Assembly: GCA_012033195.1 (NCBI GenBank)
Contig: JAAUSQ010000001.1
Span: 5,565-69,564, forward strand
Length of the DNA stretch: 64,000 nucleotides
Source: Chloroflexaceae bacterium
GTDB lineage: Bacteria; Chloroflexota; Chloroflexia; Chloroflexales; Chloroflexaceae
Direction: 5' to 3'
Within the stretch, counting starts at the first letter, position 1. Each line of letters begins with the position of its first letter. A program made the position numbers and the translations under genes. Below, in pieces: positions 17,650 through 26,400 of the stretch. A model generated the notes under the pieces. It had not been told where the DNA came from, ran no database searches, and was given only the letters and a program-made list of their open reading frames with translations.

Positions 17650-17724
17650 TGGCGCTCCAGAAGGGTTCCGACCCCTCTACTCCTGTTCGACAGACAGGGA
17701 TGATAGCCACTTCACCACTGGAGC
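17650..17724 (-). tRNA. tRNA-Asp(GUC), variant T-loop GUCGGAA
   Basis: Acceptor GCUCCAG/CUGGAGC perfect, G73-CCA. Anticodon arm CCUGU-CUGUCGA-ACAGG. T loop GUCGGAA (G54, G58). Confidence 0.75.
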
Positions 17725-17728
17725 ATAC

Positions 17729-17805
17729 TGGCCTCGCCAGAAGGACTCGAACCTTCAGCCTCCACCTTCGCACGGTGGCACCCTTTCCGCTTGGGCGATG
17801 GCGAG
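17729..17805 (-). tRNA. tRNA-Arg(GCG), CCA encoded
   Basis: Acceptor CUCGCCA/UGGCGAG perfect, G73. Anticodon arm CCACC-GUGCGAA-GGUGG (perfect stem; G34 rather than the usual A34/I34). T loop UUCGAGU. Confidence 0.75.
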
Positions 17806-17808
17806 GAA

Positions 17809-17881
17809 TGGCTGCCGCACCCTCGAACCGGGCACCGCTGCCTTCGGATGGCAGCGCCCTTTCCTGCTGGGCGCTACGGCA
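17809..17881 (-). tRNA. tRNA-Arg(CCG) with a truncated T arm
   Basis: Acceptor UGCCGUA/UGCGGCA, G73-CCA. Anticodon arm CUGCC-AUCCGAA-GGCAG. D arm GCCC-AGCAGGAAA-GGGC. Only 18 nt lie between the anticodon stem and the acceptor, giving a 3-bp CCC/GGG stem around GGUUCGA. Confidence 0.55.
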
Positions 17882-17885
17882 ACAT

Positions 17886-17959
17886 TGGCAGCGAGGAAGG
17901 GACTCGAACCCCTACCACGTGAGTAACAATCACGCGCCCTACCGTTAGACGACCTCGCT
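17886..17959 (-). tRNA. tRNA-Asn(GUU), CCA encoded
   Basis: Acceptor AGCGAGG/CCUCGCU perfect, G73. Anticodon arm CGUGA-UUGUUAC-UCACG. T loop UUCGAGU. Confidence 0.8.
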
Positions 17960-17963
17960 CCAC

Positions 17964-18040
17964 TGGCAGATGGGAGTGGACTCGAACCACTACGACGCAG
18001 TGTTGGAGACTGCTGCTCTGCCCCATTGAGCTACCCATCT
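17964..18040 (-). tRNA. tRNA-Trp(CCA), CCA encoded
   Basis: Acceptor AGAUGGG/CCCAUCU perfect, G73. Anticodon arm GCAGU-CUCCAAC-ACUGC. D arm GCUC-AAUGGGGCA-GAGC. T loop UUCGAGU. Confidence 0.9.
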
Positions 18041-18043
18041 GTA

Positions 18044-18121
18044 TGGTCGAGGCGACTGGATTCGAACCAGTGATCACTGCGCTCCAAACGCAGGATGTTG
18101 ACCAAGCTACACCACACCTCG
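18044..18121 (-). tRNA. tRNA-Pro(UGG), CCA encoded
   Basis: C1-G72 and A73 as in bacterial tRNA-Pro. Acceptor CGAGGUG/CGCCUCG. Anticodon arm CUGCG-UUUGGAG-CGCAG. T loop UUCGAAU. Confidence 0.85.
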
Positions 18122-18125
18122 GCAA

Positions 18126-18213
18126 TGGCGGGAGAAGCAGGAGTTGCACCTGCAAGGCATAAGCTCGCCCGTTTTCAAAGCGGGTGCCGTCGCCTGCCCT
18201 CGGCTAGACCTTT
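18126..18213 (-). tRNA. tRNA-Ser(UGA)-like, class II, with unpaired 5' acceptor strand and variant T-loop (possible pseudogene)
   Basis: Ser-like D arm UA-GCC-GAGGGCAGGCGAC-GGC. Anticodon loop UUUGAAA. 14-nt variable arm. T arm GCAGG-UGCAACU-CCUGC. 3' strand UUCUCCC-G73-CCA. The 5' strand reads AAAGGUC instead of the expected GGGAGAA. Confidence 0.45.
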
Positions 18214-18220
18214 CATCTTG

Positions 18221-18311
18221 TGGCGGAGGATGGGCGGATCGAACACCCGCGCCAGTCTGCCCGGCGGCCTTCTCTTAGCAGGAGAGCACATTGCCCCTCT
18301 GTCAATCCTCC
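18221..18311 (-). tRNA. tRNA-Ser(GCU), class II, CCA encoded
   Basis: Acceptor GGAGGAU/AUCCUCC perfect, G73. Anticodon loop CUGCUAA. 21-nt variable arm. 3-bp D stem. T loop UUCGAUC. Confidence 0.8.
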
Positions 18312-18315
18312 GCAA

Positions 18316-18390
18316 TGGACACCCCGACTGGATTTGCACCAGCGTCTGGCGGGTTGCAACCGCCTGCCTGTTCTGCTCGGCAACGGGGTG
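18316..18390 (-). tRNA. tRNA-Cys(GCA), variant T-loop UGCAAAU
   Basis: Acceptor CACCCCG/CGGGGUG perfect, U73 (the Cys discriminator), CCA. Anticodon arm GGCGG-UUGCAAC-CCGCC. T arm GCUGG-UGCAAAU-CCAGU (G at position 55). Confidence 0.75.
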
Positions 18391-18424
18391 CCAGAAATGG
18401 CGATGCAGTTGTTAAGGTTCCGGG

Positions 18425-18501
18425 TGGGGTGACGGACGAGATTCGAACTCGTGTCCTCTGTGTTCACAGCACAGCGCTCTCGCCACTGAGCTAACGCCAC
18501 C
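18425..18501 (-). tRNA. tRNA-His(GUG) with encoded G-1 and C73, CCA encoded
   Basis: G-1 plus GUGGCGU / CCGUCAC-C73-CCA (one U-C mismatch at 7-66). Anticodon arm CUGUG-CUGUGAA-CACAG. D arm GCUC-AGUGGCGA-GAGC. T loop UUCGAAU. Confidence 0.85.
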
Positions 18502-18583
18502 ATCTCCGTTGAACATTGGGCGACCGTTATGGCGGTCGTTAGCTGGTGTCGAGTGTTGTCCAGCTCGTATTTGGTATGAATAG

Positions 18584-18612
18584 AGTGTAGCATAGCTCTT
18601 TATAGTTGTCAA
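18584..18612 (-). promoter_or_regulatory. sigma70-type promoter of the tRNA array
   Basis: Minus strand has TTGACA (18612-18607), a 17-nt spacer and TACACT (18589-18584). It lies about 75-80 nt upstream of the tRNA-His 5' end. The leader contains the hairpin CGACCG-N6-CGGTCG (18521-18538). Confidence 0.65.
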
Positions 18613-18696
18613 CGGTTCAATATGGGCCTTAAGATGTATTCTCTCTACGTTAAAGGTCTGAGAAGTGCAAGCTGGGGCGCGGGGCACGGGGCACGG

Positions 18697-18724
18697 GAAG
18701 CGCAAAGCGCCCGCGCAGGCGGGC
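18697..18724. repeat. GAAGCGCAAAGCGC element fused to a GCCCGC-GCAG-GCGGGC hairpin
   Basis: Exact 14-mer GAAGCGCAAAGCGC (18697-18710), preceded by GGGGCACGGGGCACGG and overlapping the 6-bp hairpin 18709-18724. Located between the ruvB stop and the tRNA-array promoter. Confidence 0.6.
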
Positions 18725-18791
18725 TATTCCATAGATAGTCGTTTCAGGTGATGAACGGTTGCTAGTATCAGTTAGAAAGTTCGAGGGCTTG

Positions 18792-19844
18792 TCAGAACAG
18801 CGATCCTTGCTGTGGCGCGTCCGGGTCGGGGTGGTCGGATGGGGCGGTGTAGGGCAGGCCTAGGTGGGCATACGCACGGGCCGTGGCGATACGCCCGCGT
18901 GGGGTACGCTGCAAAAAGCCCAGTTGCAGCAGGAACGGCTCGTAGACATCTTCAATTGCATCAACCTCTTCCGCCATCGCTGCCGCCAGCGTCGAAAGAC
19001 CTACCGGCCCACCATTGAACAACTCGACGATGGTACGCAGCAGGCGGCGGTCGTTCTCGTCCAGTCCAAGCTCATCCACCTCTAGCGTGGCAAGCGCGGC
19101 CCGTGCCACTTCCAGCGTAATGATGCCATCTGCCACGACTTGGGCATAGTCGCGCACCCGCCGCAGCAGACGGTTGCCAATACGCGGCGTACCACGCGCA
19201 CGGCGGCCTATCTCGAACGCGCCCTCGGTAGTGGTGGGGACATTGAGAATACGCGCCGCCCGCTCGATAATATCTTGCATCGCTTCGTCGCTGTAAAACA
19301 CCAGCCGATGAATCGAGCCGAAGCGGTCGCGCAGGGGCGAGGTGAGCAGCGCCAGCCGGGTAGTCGCCCCGATAGTGGTGAAGCGTGGCAGCTTCAAGCG
19401 CAGGTTGCGGGCGCTCGGCCCTTTGCCGACCATTAGGTCAAGGGCGAAGTCTTCCATTGCCGGGTAGAGCACTTCTTCGATGGCACGGTTCAGGCGGTGG
19501 ACTTCATCAATAAAGAGCACATCATCTTTTTGCAGGTTGGTGAGGATCGCCGCCAGATCGCCCGCTCGTTCGATAGCGGGGCCGCTGGTAATCTTTAGAT
19601 TGACCCCCATCTCGTTGGCGATGACGCCTGCCAGCGATGTTTTGCCCAGACCGGGCGGGCCATAAAACAGGGTATGATCAAGCGGCTCCTCACGGGCACG
19701 GGCAGCGGCTATGGCGATGCGAAGCTGCGACACCACCTTTTCCTGCCCGATAAACTCGGACAGGACACGCGGGCGCAGGCTCTTTTCAGTCTGCTGGTCA
19801 TCGGCGCGGGCCGCCGGGTTGACCAGACGCTCATCTTCGCTCAT
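18792..19844 (-). CDS. ruvB: Holliday junction branch migration DNA helicase RuvB
   Basis: 350-aa ORF. ...[22 protein letters not shown]..., Walker A GPPGLGKT, Walker B DEVHRL. RuvB-like along its full length. Confidence 0.93.
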   Translation of the reverse strand: MSEDERLVNPAARADDQQTEKSLRPRVLSEFIGQEKVVSQLRIAIAAARAREEPLDHTLFYGPPGLGKTSLAGVIANEMGVNLKITSGPAIERAGDLAAILTNLQKDDVLFIDEVHRLNRAIEEVLYPAMEDFALDLMVGKGPSARNLRLKLPRFTTIGATTRLALLTSPLRDRFGSIHRLVFYSDEAMQDIIERAARILNVPTTTEGAFEIGRRARGTPRIGNRLLRRVRDYAQVVADGIITLEVARAALATLEVDELGLDENDRRLLRTIVELFNGGPVGLSTLAAAMAEEVDAIEDVYEPFLLQLGFLQRTPRGRIATARAYAHLGLPYTAPSDHPDPDAPQQGSLF

Positions 19845-20138
19845 AAAAATCAGGTCTATCTGTCTTGCTAACGCAGCACAGGTGTGCCAGCTTTGGGGGC
19901 ATTATAGCACACCCGCTGGCAGTACTGCCGCACGGCATGGTATCGTGGTTCAGAGCAACCCATACACGCAAGAGCACGCCGATGCCTTCGCCTACGACCT
20001 GGCCCGATGTGGCAATCACGCAGCAAGTATCACAAAAGATAGATGGAGTGGCTCCGTACCGACAAGGATAGCACAGCCCCCTCTGCCCGTGGATGGGAGC
20101 GGGGGCCGCGTGTTCTACCTGTATCTGTTCGTTTGCGA

Positions 20139-23100
20139 CTACCGCCGCTCAAGCACAAAGTCTCTGCGCGGCAGGGTGTTGAATTCAAAGGGTATAAGAC
20201 CACTATAGCTGATAGTGTCCTGCGGTTCCTGGTACGAGGACGAACTGTGGTCAATCCGATACCAGATGGTGCCGTCGGGTAGCTCACCAGGGTAGATCGG
20301 CATATAGACACCATACTCGCCGGTGGTCAGGTCAATCTGGTCGCCAGTACGATAACTCGATTGTGGCTTGTACATGTTCACATCAACCCGGAATGTCGGC
20401 GGTGTACCCGTGTCGGCGCGTGTGACCGTTCCGGTAAAGCCCAGCGTGGTTGGTCGCACCAAGATATCACGCGCGAACTCGTAATCATCATTGATGTAGC
20501 GTAATTGCGCCGGGTCAACCACGTCGGTGGTGACATAGTAGACCGTCTCTTGGTTATCCAGCGCCGTGATGTAGGTCACGGCATATGGTGCGGTGTCGGT
20601 GCGCTCACGTTCGAACTCACAGAAGCGCACGAACGTGCGGAGGGTGGTTGAACAGAGCCGCGTGCCAGTCGTATCAAAGACATCGATAAACTCGGCGGTA
20701 ATGGCATTGGTATTGGCATCGGGGTTGTAGATGTTGCGAACCGTGCCGGTGATCTTCTCGCCGCGCCGTGAGAAGACCAGATCACGCTCAAACTCGTTGA
20801 TGGTACCGGGAACGATGCCGTCAATCTGGGCGGTCACGTTTTCGCTCACATAGACATCAGTGCGGTTGGCAATCTGGAAGGTAAGCTCAACATTTTCACC
20901 CACCCCGTCATTCAGGATGACATACATATCACGATACTCGCCCTGCCGGTTGACATCATCCTGGGAACCGGTGCCATAGCGCACACGATCAACCACATCG
21001 TTAGCATCAAGCCAGGTTGGGATAGTGACATCGCCAGTATCGAAGTTGCCCCGGTTCGGGTCGGCGTAGGTAACCCGCCCCGACAGCTTAAGCATGGTTG
21101 GGGCTACTTCGAAGTCGCGGTAGAAGTACCGATTACCATTACCATCGTCAATCGCCGTCGGGTCAACCGTCTCGGTATAGGTAGCCTCGTCCGATTGGCC
21201 CGCATTGATGATATAGGTAGCCACAAACGGATCGAGCGAGGTAACCGTCAATGGACAGTAGTAGGTATCGGTAGCGTCTTCGTTGGTACAGCTTCCATAC
21301 GGCCAACGAATATCGACGCGGGTTGTTGGCGCAAAGTCGGCCAGCAGCGTATTGTTGATATTCCCTTCGAAGTAGATATCAATCGGATTGACCCGGATAT
21401 CAAAGGTGAGCGCATTGAGCGTGTTGGCTTGCAGGTTCTCAAATGGCACGTCGAGGTAGACTGATTCCGAGTTGTTGCCATCATTCACAGACGCATAAAT
21501 ATCATTCAGCACGCCCGATGTCTTGCCATCTTCCAGCACAAAGAGCAGGCTGTAGATACTTGTAGCATCAACATCGTTGTTATTGCTAATTTCTAAGATG
21601 CCATCCCCGTACCCCCAATAGCTTACATAACCAGTCACACCGTTATCCGGGTCAATCGGGTTGTTGTTCTGGTCGGTGAGCCTTCCGGTCAGGCGCACCA
21701 ACGTTGGCAGCGGTATGTCCAGTTCGCCCAGGTCAATGGTGAAGGTTGTGCCGTTCAGCGTCGCCGTCGATGGGTCGATGGTTACATTGGTGACGGCACT
21801 GCTCCAGTAGGTTGAAATCTCGATCTCGGCACTGTACGATGGCTGCTGGTTGAACGGTAGTGTATCGGCGGGGTAGATGCTGCAATCGAAGGTGCCATCG
21901 TACGAACTGGTGCTACAAGTCAGGTTCGGGTCGAGCACGCGAATGTCTATATCAATACCGCTATAATCGAGAATTTTCTGCTGTTCTTCTGCCGTGAGGC
22001 CCGTGCCATCTGGGAAGGCGACCGTGCCGACATAGCGAGCATCGTAGTTGATGACCGGCTGTGCCGTAAAGGTAAAGTTGCGGGTTGCCGTGGTGAGCGT
22101 GCCCACAACCACATTGACATTCCGGGTGAATGTCTGCTCGGCGTTGTTATAGCTGATTTCAAAGGTCAGGTTTGCCGGTGACTGGTTGAGCACGGTAAAG
22201 GTGGCATTATACGCGCCCGTTGCATCGGTACTGGTTCCGCCGATGTAGGTGCCGTTCTGAAAGATAGCTATCGAGGCTGATGCCAGCGGTGTGGCTGCGC
22301 CATCAGAAACGGTGCCCTGCAACTGGAGCCGCGTATGGGTGATGGCGAAAGCTTCGTCAAAGCGGTTCAGTTGCCCCGGTGTGACATTGAGCGTCCGCTC
22401 GAAGTTGGTGACGATGTTGCCAACAGATACCTCGTAGCGAATGCCAATGACTGTGTCGCTGGTGTTGCGGGCGATTGTTGTATCATAGCGGCCCGTAGCA
22501 TCGGGGTAGATCCATGCAATATTAGTTGTACCCTGATACACCCGTATATAGCTTCCGGCAATCGGGTTGCCCGCCGTGTCTTGGAGGGTGCCCACGAATT
22601 GCAGGCGGGTCAGGTTGATACTGAAATCCTGCTCGTACGTTGTCAGGGTTCCCGGCGTGACCGTCGTTGATCGATTGAAGGTGTAGGATGTGCCACCAGA
22701 GGAGATCACATATTCGAGCGCCGCCGTGTTCACGTGGCCCACCGGAATATCGCCACTGTAATTGCCCTGTGCATCCGTACTAAAGTTGTAGAAGAGGTTG
22801 TTATAGCGTACTCGCACCGATGCATTATTGACAGGTGCGCTGCTCAGGTCGGTAATGGTGCCGCGCACCCGCACCTGCGTAAGTGATGGTGGCTCAACAA
22901 TGGTATTAACCGTGGCAGGCTGCCCCGATGTCAGGTTGGTAAAGGTTGCGTAGCCGTAGTTCAACTGCCCATCATAGAAGCTATCCAGGCGGAAGCGGCC
23001 CGTGAGCGCACCGGAGAACGCATTGCCATTGAGATCGACCACGAACGAGAATTGTCCCTGCGCATTGGTCGTGACACTGCTGCCCGGCGGAGTGATGCGC

Positions 23101-23465
23101 TGGAAGAAGAAGCTCGATGGTACCTCGCCCGATAGCGAAACGCTGGTACTGGCAACCGGTGTGCCATCGGCCCGCCGCGCCACACCCGCAATGGTCAGGC
23201 GGGTGGTCGGTCGGAGTTGCAAGGTCTGGTTGTCCAGCGTGAGCAGGCTGCCCGGCTCCACATTGGTAAAGGTTGGTTCCAGGGTCACGTTTTGCCCCGA
23301 TATGAATGTACTGATACGGAACTTGCCACTCAGGGTGCCGTTCGGGAACGCACTGGGTAGCAGGTAGAGCCGATAGCTAAAGCGGCCCTGTGCGTCGGTT
23401 CGGGTGTAGCGATTGTTGAACGGCTCCACTGTGTTGAAGAACGTGCTGAACGGTTCGAGGCCCAC
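20139..23465 (-). CDS. giant secreted repeat protein, segment 5 of 5 (C-terminal CarboxypepD_reg/Cna-B-like repeats)
   Basis: 1108-aa ORF made of roughly 100-aa repeats of the type L.L.G.V.D..G.P.A.A.V...........TDA.G.Y. Its frame is open upstream to about 23505 and joins segment 4 there (...GTVLDG|AGTPVANNQVELVGLEPF...). Confidence 0.8.
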   Translation of the reverse strand: MGLEPFSTFFNTVEPFNNRYTRTDAQGRFSYRLYLLPSAFPNGTLSGKFRISTFISGQNVTLEPTFTNVEPGSLLTLDNQTLQLRPTTRLTIAGVARRADGTPVASTSVSLSGEVPSSFFFQRITPPGSSVTTNAQGQFSFVVDLNGNAFSGALTGRFRLDSFYDGQLNYGYATFTNLTSGQPATVNTIVEPPSLTQVRVRGTITDLSSAPVNNASVRVRYNNLFYNFSTDAQGNYSGDIPVGHVNTAALEYVISSGGTSYTFNRSTTVTPGTLTTYEQDFSINLTRLQFVGTLQDTAGNPIAGSYIRVYQGTTNIAWIYPDATGRYDTTIARNTSDTVIGIRYEVSVGNIVTNFERTLNVTPGQLNRFDEAFAITHTRLQLQGTVSDGAATPLASASIAIFQNGTYIGGTSTDATGAYNATFTVLNQSPANLTFEISYNNAEQTFTRNVNVVVGTLTTATRNFTFTAQPVINYDARYVGTVAFPDGTGLTAEEQQKILDYSGIDIDIRVLDPNLTCSTSSYDGTFDCSIYPADTLPFNQQPSYSAEIEISTYWSSAVTNVTIDPSTATLNGTTFTIDLGELDIPLPTLVRLTGRLTDQNNNPIDPDNGVTGYVSYWGYGDGILEISNNNDVDATSIYSLLFVLEDGKTSGVLNDIYASVNDGNNSESVYLDVPFENLQANTLNALTFDIRVNPIDIYFEGNINNTLLADFAPTTRVDIRWPYGSCTNEDATDTYYCPLTVTSLDPFVATYIINAGQSDEATYTETVDPTAIDDGNGNRYFYRDFEVAPTMLKLSGRVTYADPNRGNFDTGDVTIPTWLDANDVVDRVRYGTGSQDDVNRQGEYRDMYVILNDGVGENVELTFQIANRTDVYVSENVTAQIDGIVPGTINEFERDLVFSRRGEKITGTVRNIYNPDANTNAITAEFIDVFDTTGTRLCSTTLRTFVRFCEFERERTDTAPYAVTYITALDNQETVYYVTTDVVDPAQLRYINDDYEFARDILVRPTTLGFTGTVTRADTGTPPTFRVDVNMYKPQSSYRTGDQIDLTTGEYGVYMPIYPGELPDGTIWYRIDHSSSSYQEPQDTISYSGLIPFEFNTLPRRDFVLERR

Positions 23466-26400
23466 GAGTTCGACCTGATTGTTGGCGACCGGGGTACCGG
23501 CCCATCCAGGACGGTGCCCGATACCAGCACACTGGTGAGATCTGGCTCAATGCTGATGGTGCGCTTGACTTCGCCCGACCCGCTGCCGGGGTCAATCGTG
23601 ATGGTACGGGTATCGGTGCCCCATTCGCCGTTGACCGTTACGGTGACATCAAACGGTGCATCAAGCGGCAGCATGCGGTCACAGATCAGCGTTTCAAAGC
23701 CCTGGCGACCGCTCGACGTCCAGATCTGGCACAGGTTGCCCAGTTGCGGCGATGTGACGGTGGCGTAGTTGCCAAACAGCGGCTTGCTGGTGTTCGGGTC
23801 GGTGATATTGGTAATCAGCACCAGGCTGCGTTCGCTCAGGGCGAAGTCGTTGGTTACCTCGTGATACTGGTAATCGGCCAGCGTCGGCAGATCGCGGCTA
23901 AAGCGTTCGGTCGCATTGTTGGCCATAATTTCAAACACAATCAATGGATCGGTCTGGTTGGAACGCAGAATGACATCCATCTCATACGCACCGGTGGCAT
24001 CGGTCGTCGCCACGCCGGGAGTATTGTCAGCATCGATAAAGAGATGTGGCCCCGTCGCACGCACCGTTGCATTCGGCACCGGGTTGCCTTCGTCATCGCG
24101 CACCACGCCACTCAGCCGCAGGGTGGTTGCGCGGGCGGTCAGGTTCAGGGTCACATTGGCCGATTGACCAACCGGCGGCAAGCCGTTGGGCGGCGGTGCA
24201 CTGTCATCGATGCGGTAGGTGAGGACGGTCTCCCCCCAATCGTCGGAGATGGTGCCGATCACATCGAACGGGTTGCTGATGATCGTCACCTGGTTGCACG
24301 AGTAGCGGTTGGTCTGAGTATCGGTGTCGTACCAGATGGTGCCGCTACACCACCCTTCCAGACCAGGTGCAGAAAGCTCGTAGCGCATCCCCTGCAAGTT
24401 CATCGTCGGCCCAAACTCGTTCACGATAGCACCGGAGATCCAGAGCTGCCGCTCTTCCAGCACCACCGATTGCTCATACTCGTTCAGGTTATCTGGCCCA
24501 CCCGGAGCCAGTGGGTCAATTGTAAACTCACGATAGAAGCTCGGTGCAGAGATGCCCGATTGCACTTGCAGCCGCAGGTCGGCGCTGCTGGCATCGGTTG
24601 GCAGCATCACCAGCATCTCGTACGTGCCGCTCGCATCGGTTGTGGCATAGCCGGTCGCATCGCCACTCAGTTGCACGGTCGCATTCGCAAACGGTGTGCT
24701 ATCCGGGGCGGTCACTGTGCCGTACAGCCGCAAGATAGTTGTACGGATGGTCAGGTCATCGGTAAAGGTAGCCTGCTCGCCATCACCTGGCATCTCGGCG
24801 CTGCCGATCTCACGCTCGAACACACGGCTGCCCCACTCGCCCCGCACGGTAATGGAGTACGGGAAGGTGTCGCGGGTGGTATCAACCGGCGGACAGGTGT
24901 AGGTGGAGGGCGAATTGTTCGAACGGTAGGAATAGGTACAGAACAGACCGATTCCTGGCGCACGCAGTTCGACGCGGGTGCCCTGCCGCCAGAACGTGAG
25001 CGCATTGCTCAGTTCGTGGGTCACGCTGCCGTTCATATTCAGGCGGCGCAAGGCAAAGACAATATCTTCCTGCCGCTCGTTAAGCTGGTCAGTCTGCAAC
25101 GGCACGGTGAGATTAACTTCTTGCTGGGTGCTATTGCCCAGACTGACCGAGCCGTAGCTGAAGCGCAGGCTGAGGTTGGCGCTGGTTGTGTCGGGCGCAA
25201 AGACCAGCCACGCCTCGTAATTGCCCGCTGCATTGCTGGTGACGCGGGCGTAGCCGTCGCCGCTCACCTCGATGATTGCACCATTCAGCGCTGTGCCGTT
25301 CTGGTTGGTAATCTTGCCATACAGCCGTAACGTGTTGGCCTGCACCACGGTATTGTTGCTGACCGTGCCCGCTGCGCCCGCATCCGGCATGGCCGCCCCG
25401 CTGACGGTGTAGCTTTCTTCGGTGCTGCCCCACACGCCCGCCACAGCAACCGTGTAGGCAAATGTGTCACCCGTCACATCGATGGCGGGGCAGGTATACT
25501 CGCCGTTGGTGTTGGTCCAGGTCGCACACCACTCGCCAATGCCGTCGGCCCGTACAATCACGCGCTGACTCGGAATGCCCACGTTTGTATTGTAGGCATT
25601 GACCACGCGGCCCTGAATAGTCAGGCGGCGCACCGTGAAGGCGATATCGACCGTGCGCTGGTTGAACTGGGTCGGCTGAATAGGCATACTGATCGGCTGC
25701 ACCACGGTGAGGCCGTTGTTCTCTACGCGCACCGTAAAGGTAGCTGTGGTGGTGCCCGTCGAGAAGAGCACCGTGCTGCCATAGGTGCCATCGCTGGCGG
25801 TCGTGGTCTGCGCGTTGGCGGCCCCACTGAGGCGTACGGTTGCGCCTGATAGCGGGTCTGCACCATTGGTGACAGTGCCAAGCACGCGCAGCGCCGGGAA
25901 GATCACCTGCTCTTCATACTCTGTCAGGTCGCCCGGCGTGAGCGGTACCACGATTTGATCGGTCAGCGAGTTGGACGGATGGCTCACGCGCAGGGCCAGC
26001 GTTGCGGTGTCGGCATCCGCGCCGAAGAGCAGATAGGTTGAGAAGTCGCCGCCTGCATCGCTGGTCAGTTCGGCACTGGCATCGCCGCCAATAGTGACCC
26101 ACCGATTAGCCAGCGGTGTGCCGTCGGTGCCCGTCAGCCCCACATCAAGCTTCAGGGTGGTTGGTGCCACAAAGAGCGTCAGCGGATAATCGATGCTGGT
26201 ACCCGCTGGCGGTACATAATTAACATAGCCATCAATCTCGAAGGTGCCCCAATCGCCGCTCATCCGGTAGATAATCGGGAAGGGGTCGTCCCAGGTGATA
26301 CGTGCCTTACAGGTGTAGGTGGCATCGTTGCGGGTTGTAGTGGTGCAGAGTGTCCCCACGTCCGGATTGATGACTTCCACCTGTAGCCTGCTCATCGGCA

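Noticed and set aside
18150-18190. The plus-strand stem-loop CCCGT-TTTCAAA-GCGGG exposes UCA, suggesting tRNA-Sec or an opal suppressor on the plus strand
   Set aside because: No acceptor stem, T arm or 8/5 Sec architecture can be built on the plus strand. The flanking T arm and CCA clearly belong to a minus-strand gene, whose loop reads UGA (Ser).
16114-18501. The regular 75-90-nt periodicity could be taken for a CRISPR array or a tandem repeat
   Set aside because: There is no constant direct repeat. Each unit folds into its own cloverleaf with a different anticodon and ends in CCA, so the periodicity is tRNA gene length.
12205-18800. Search for an integrase, transposase, att-like direct repeats or a target tRNA that would define a mobile element carrying the tRNA array
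   Set aside because: None is visible in the ORF translations or flanks. The mobile-element idea is therefore kept only as a hypothesis in the findings, not as a feature.
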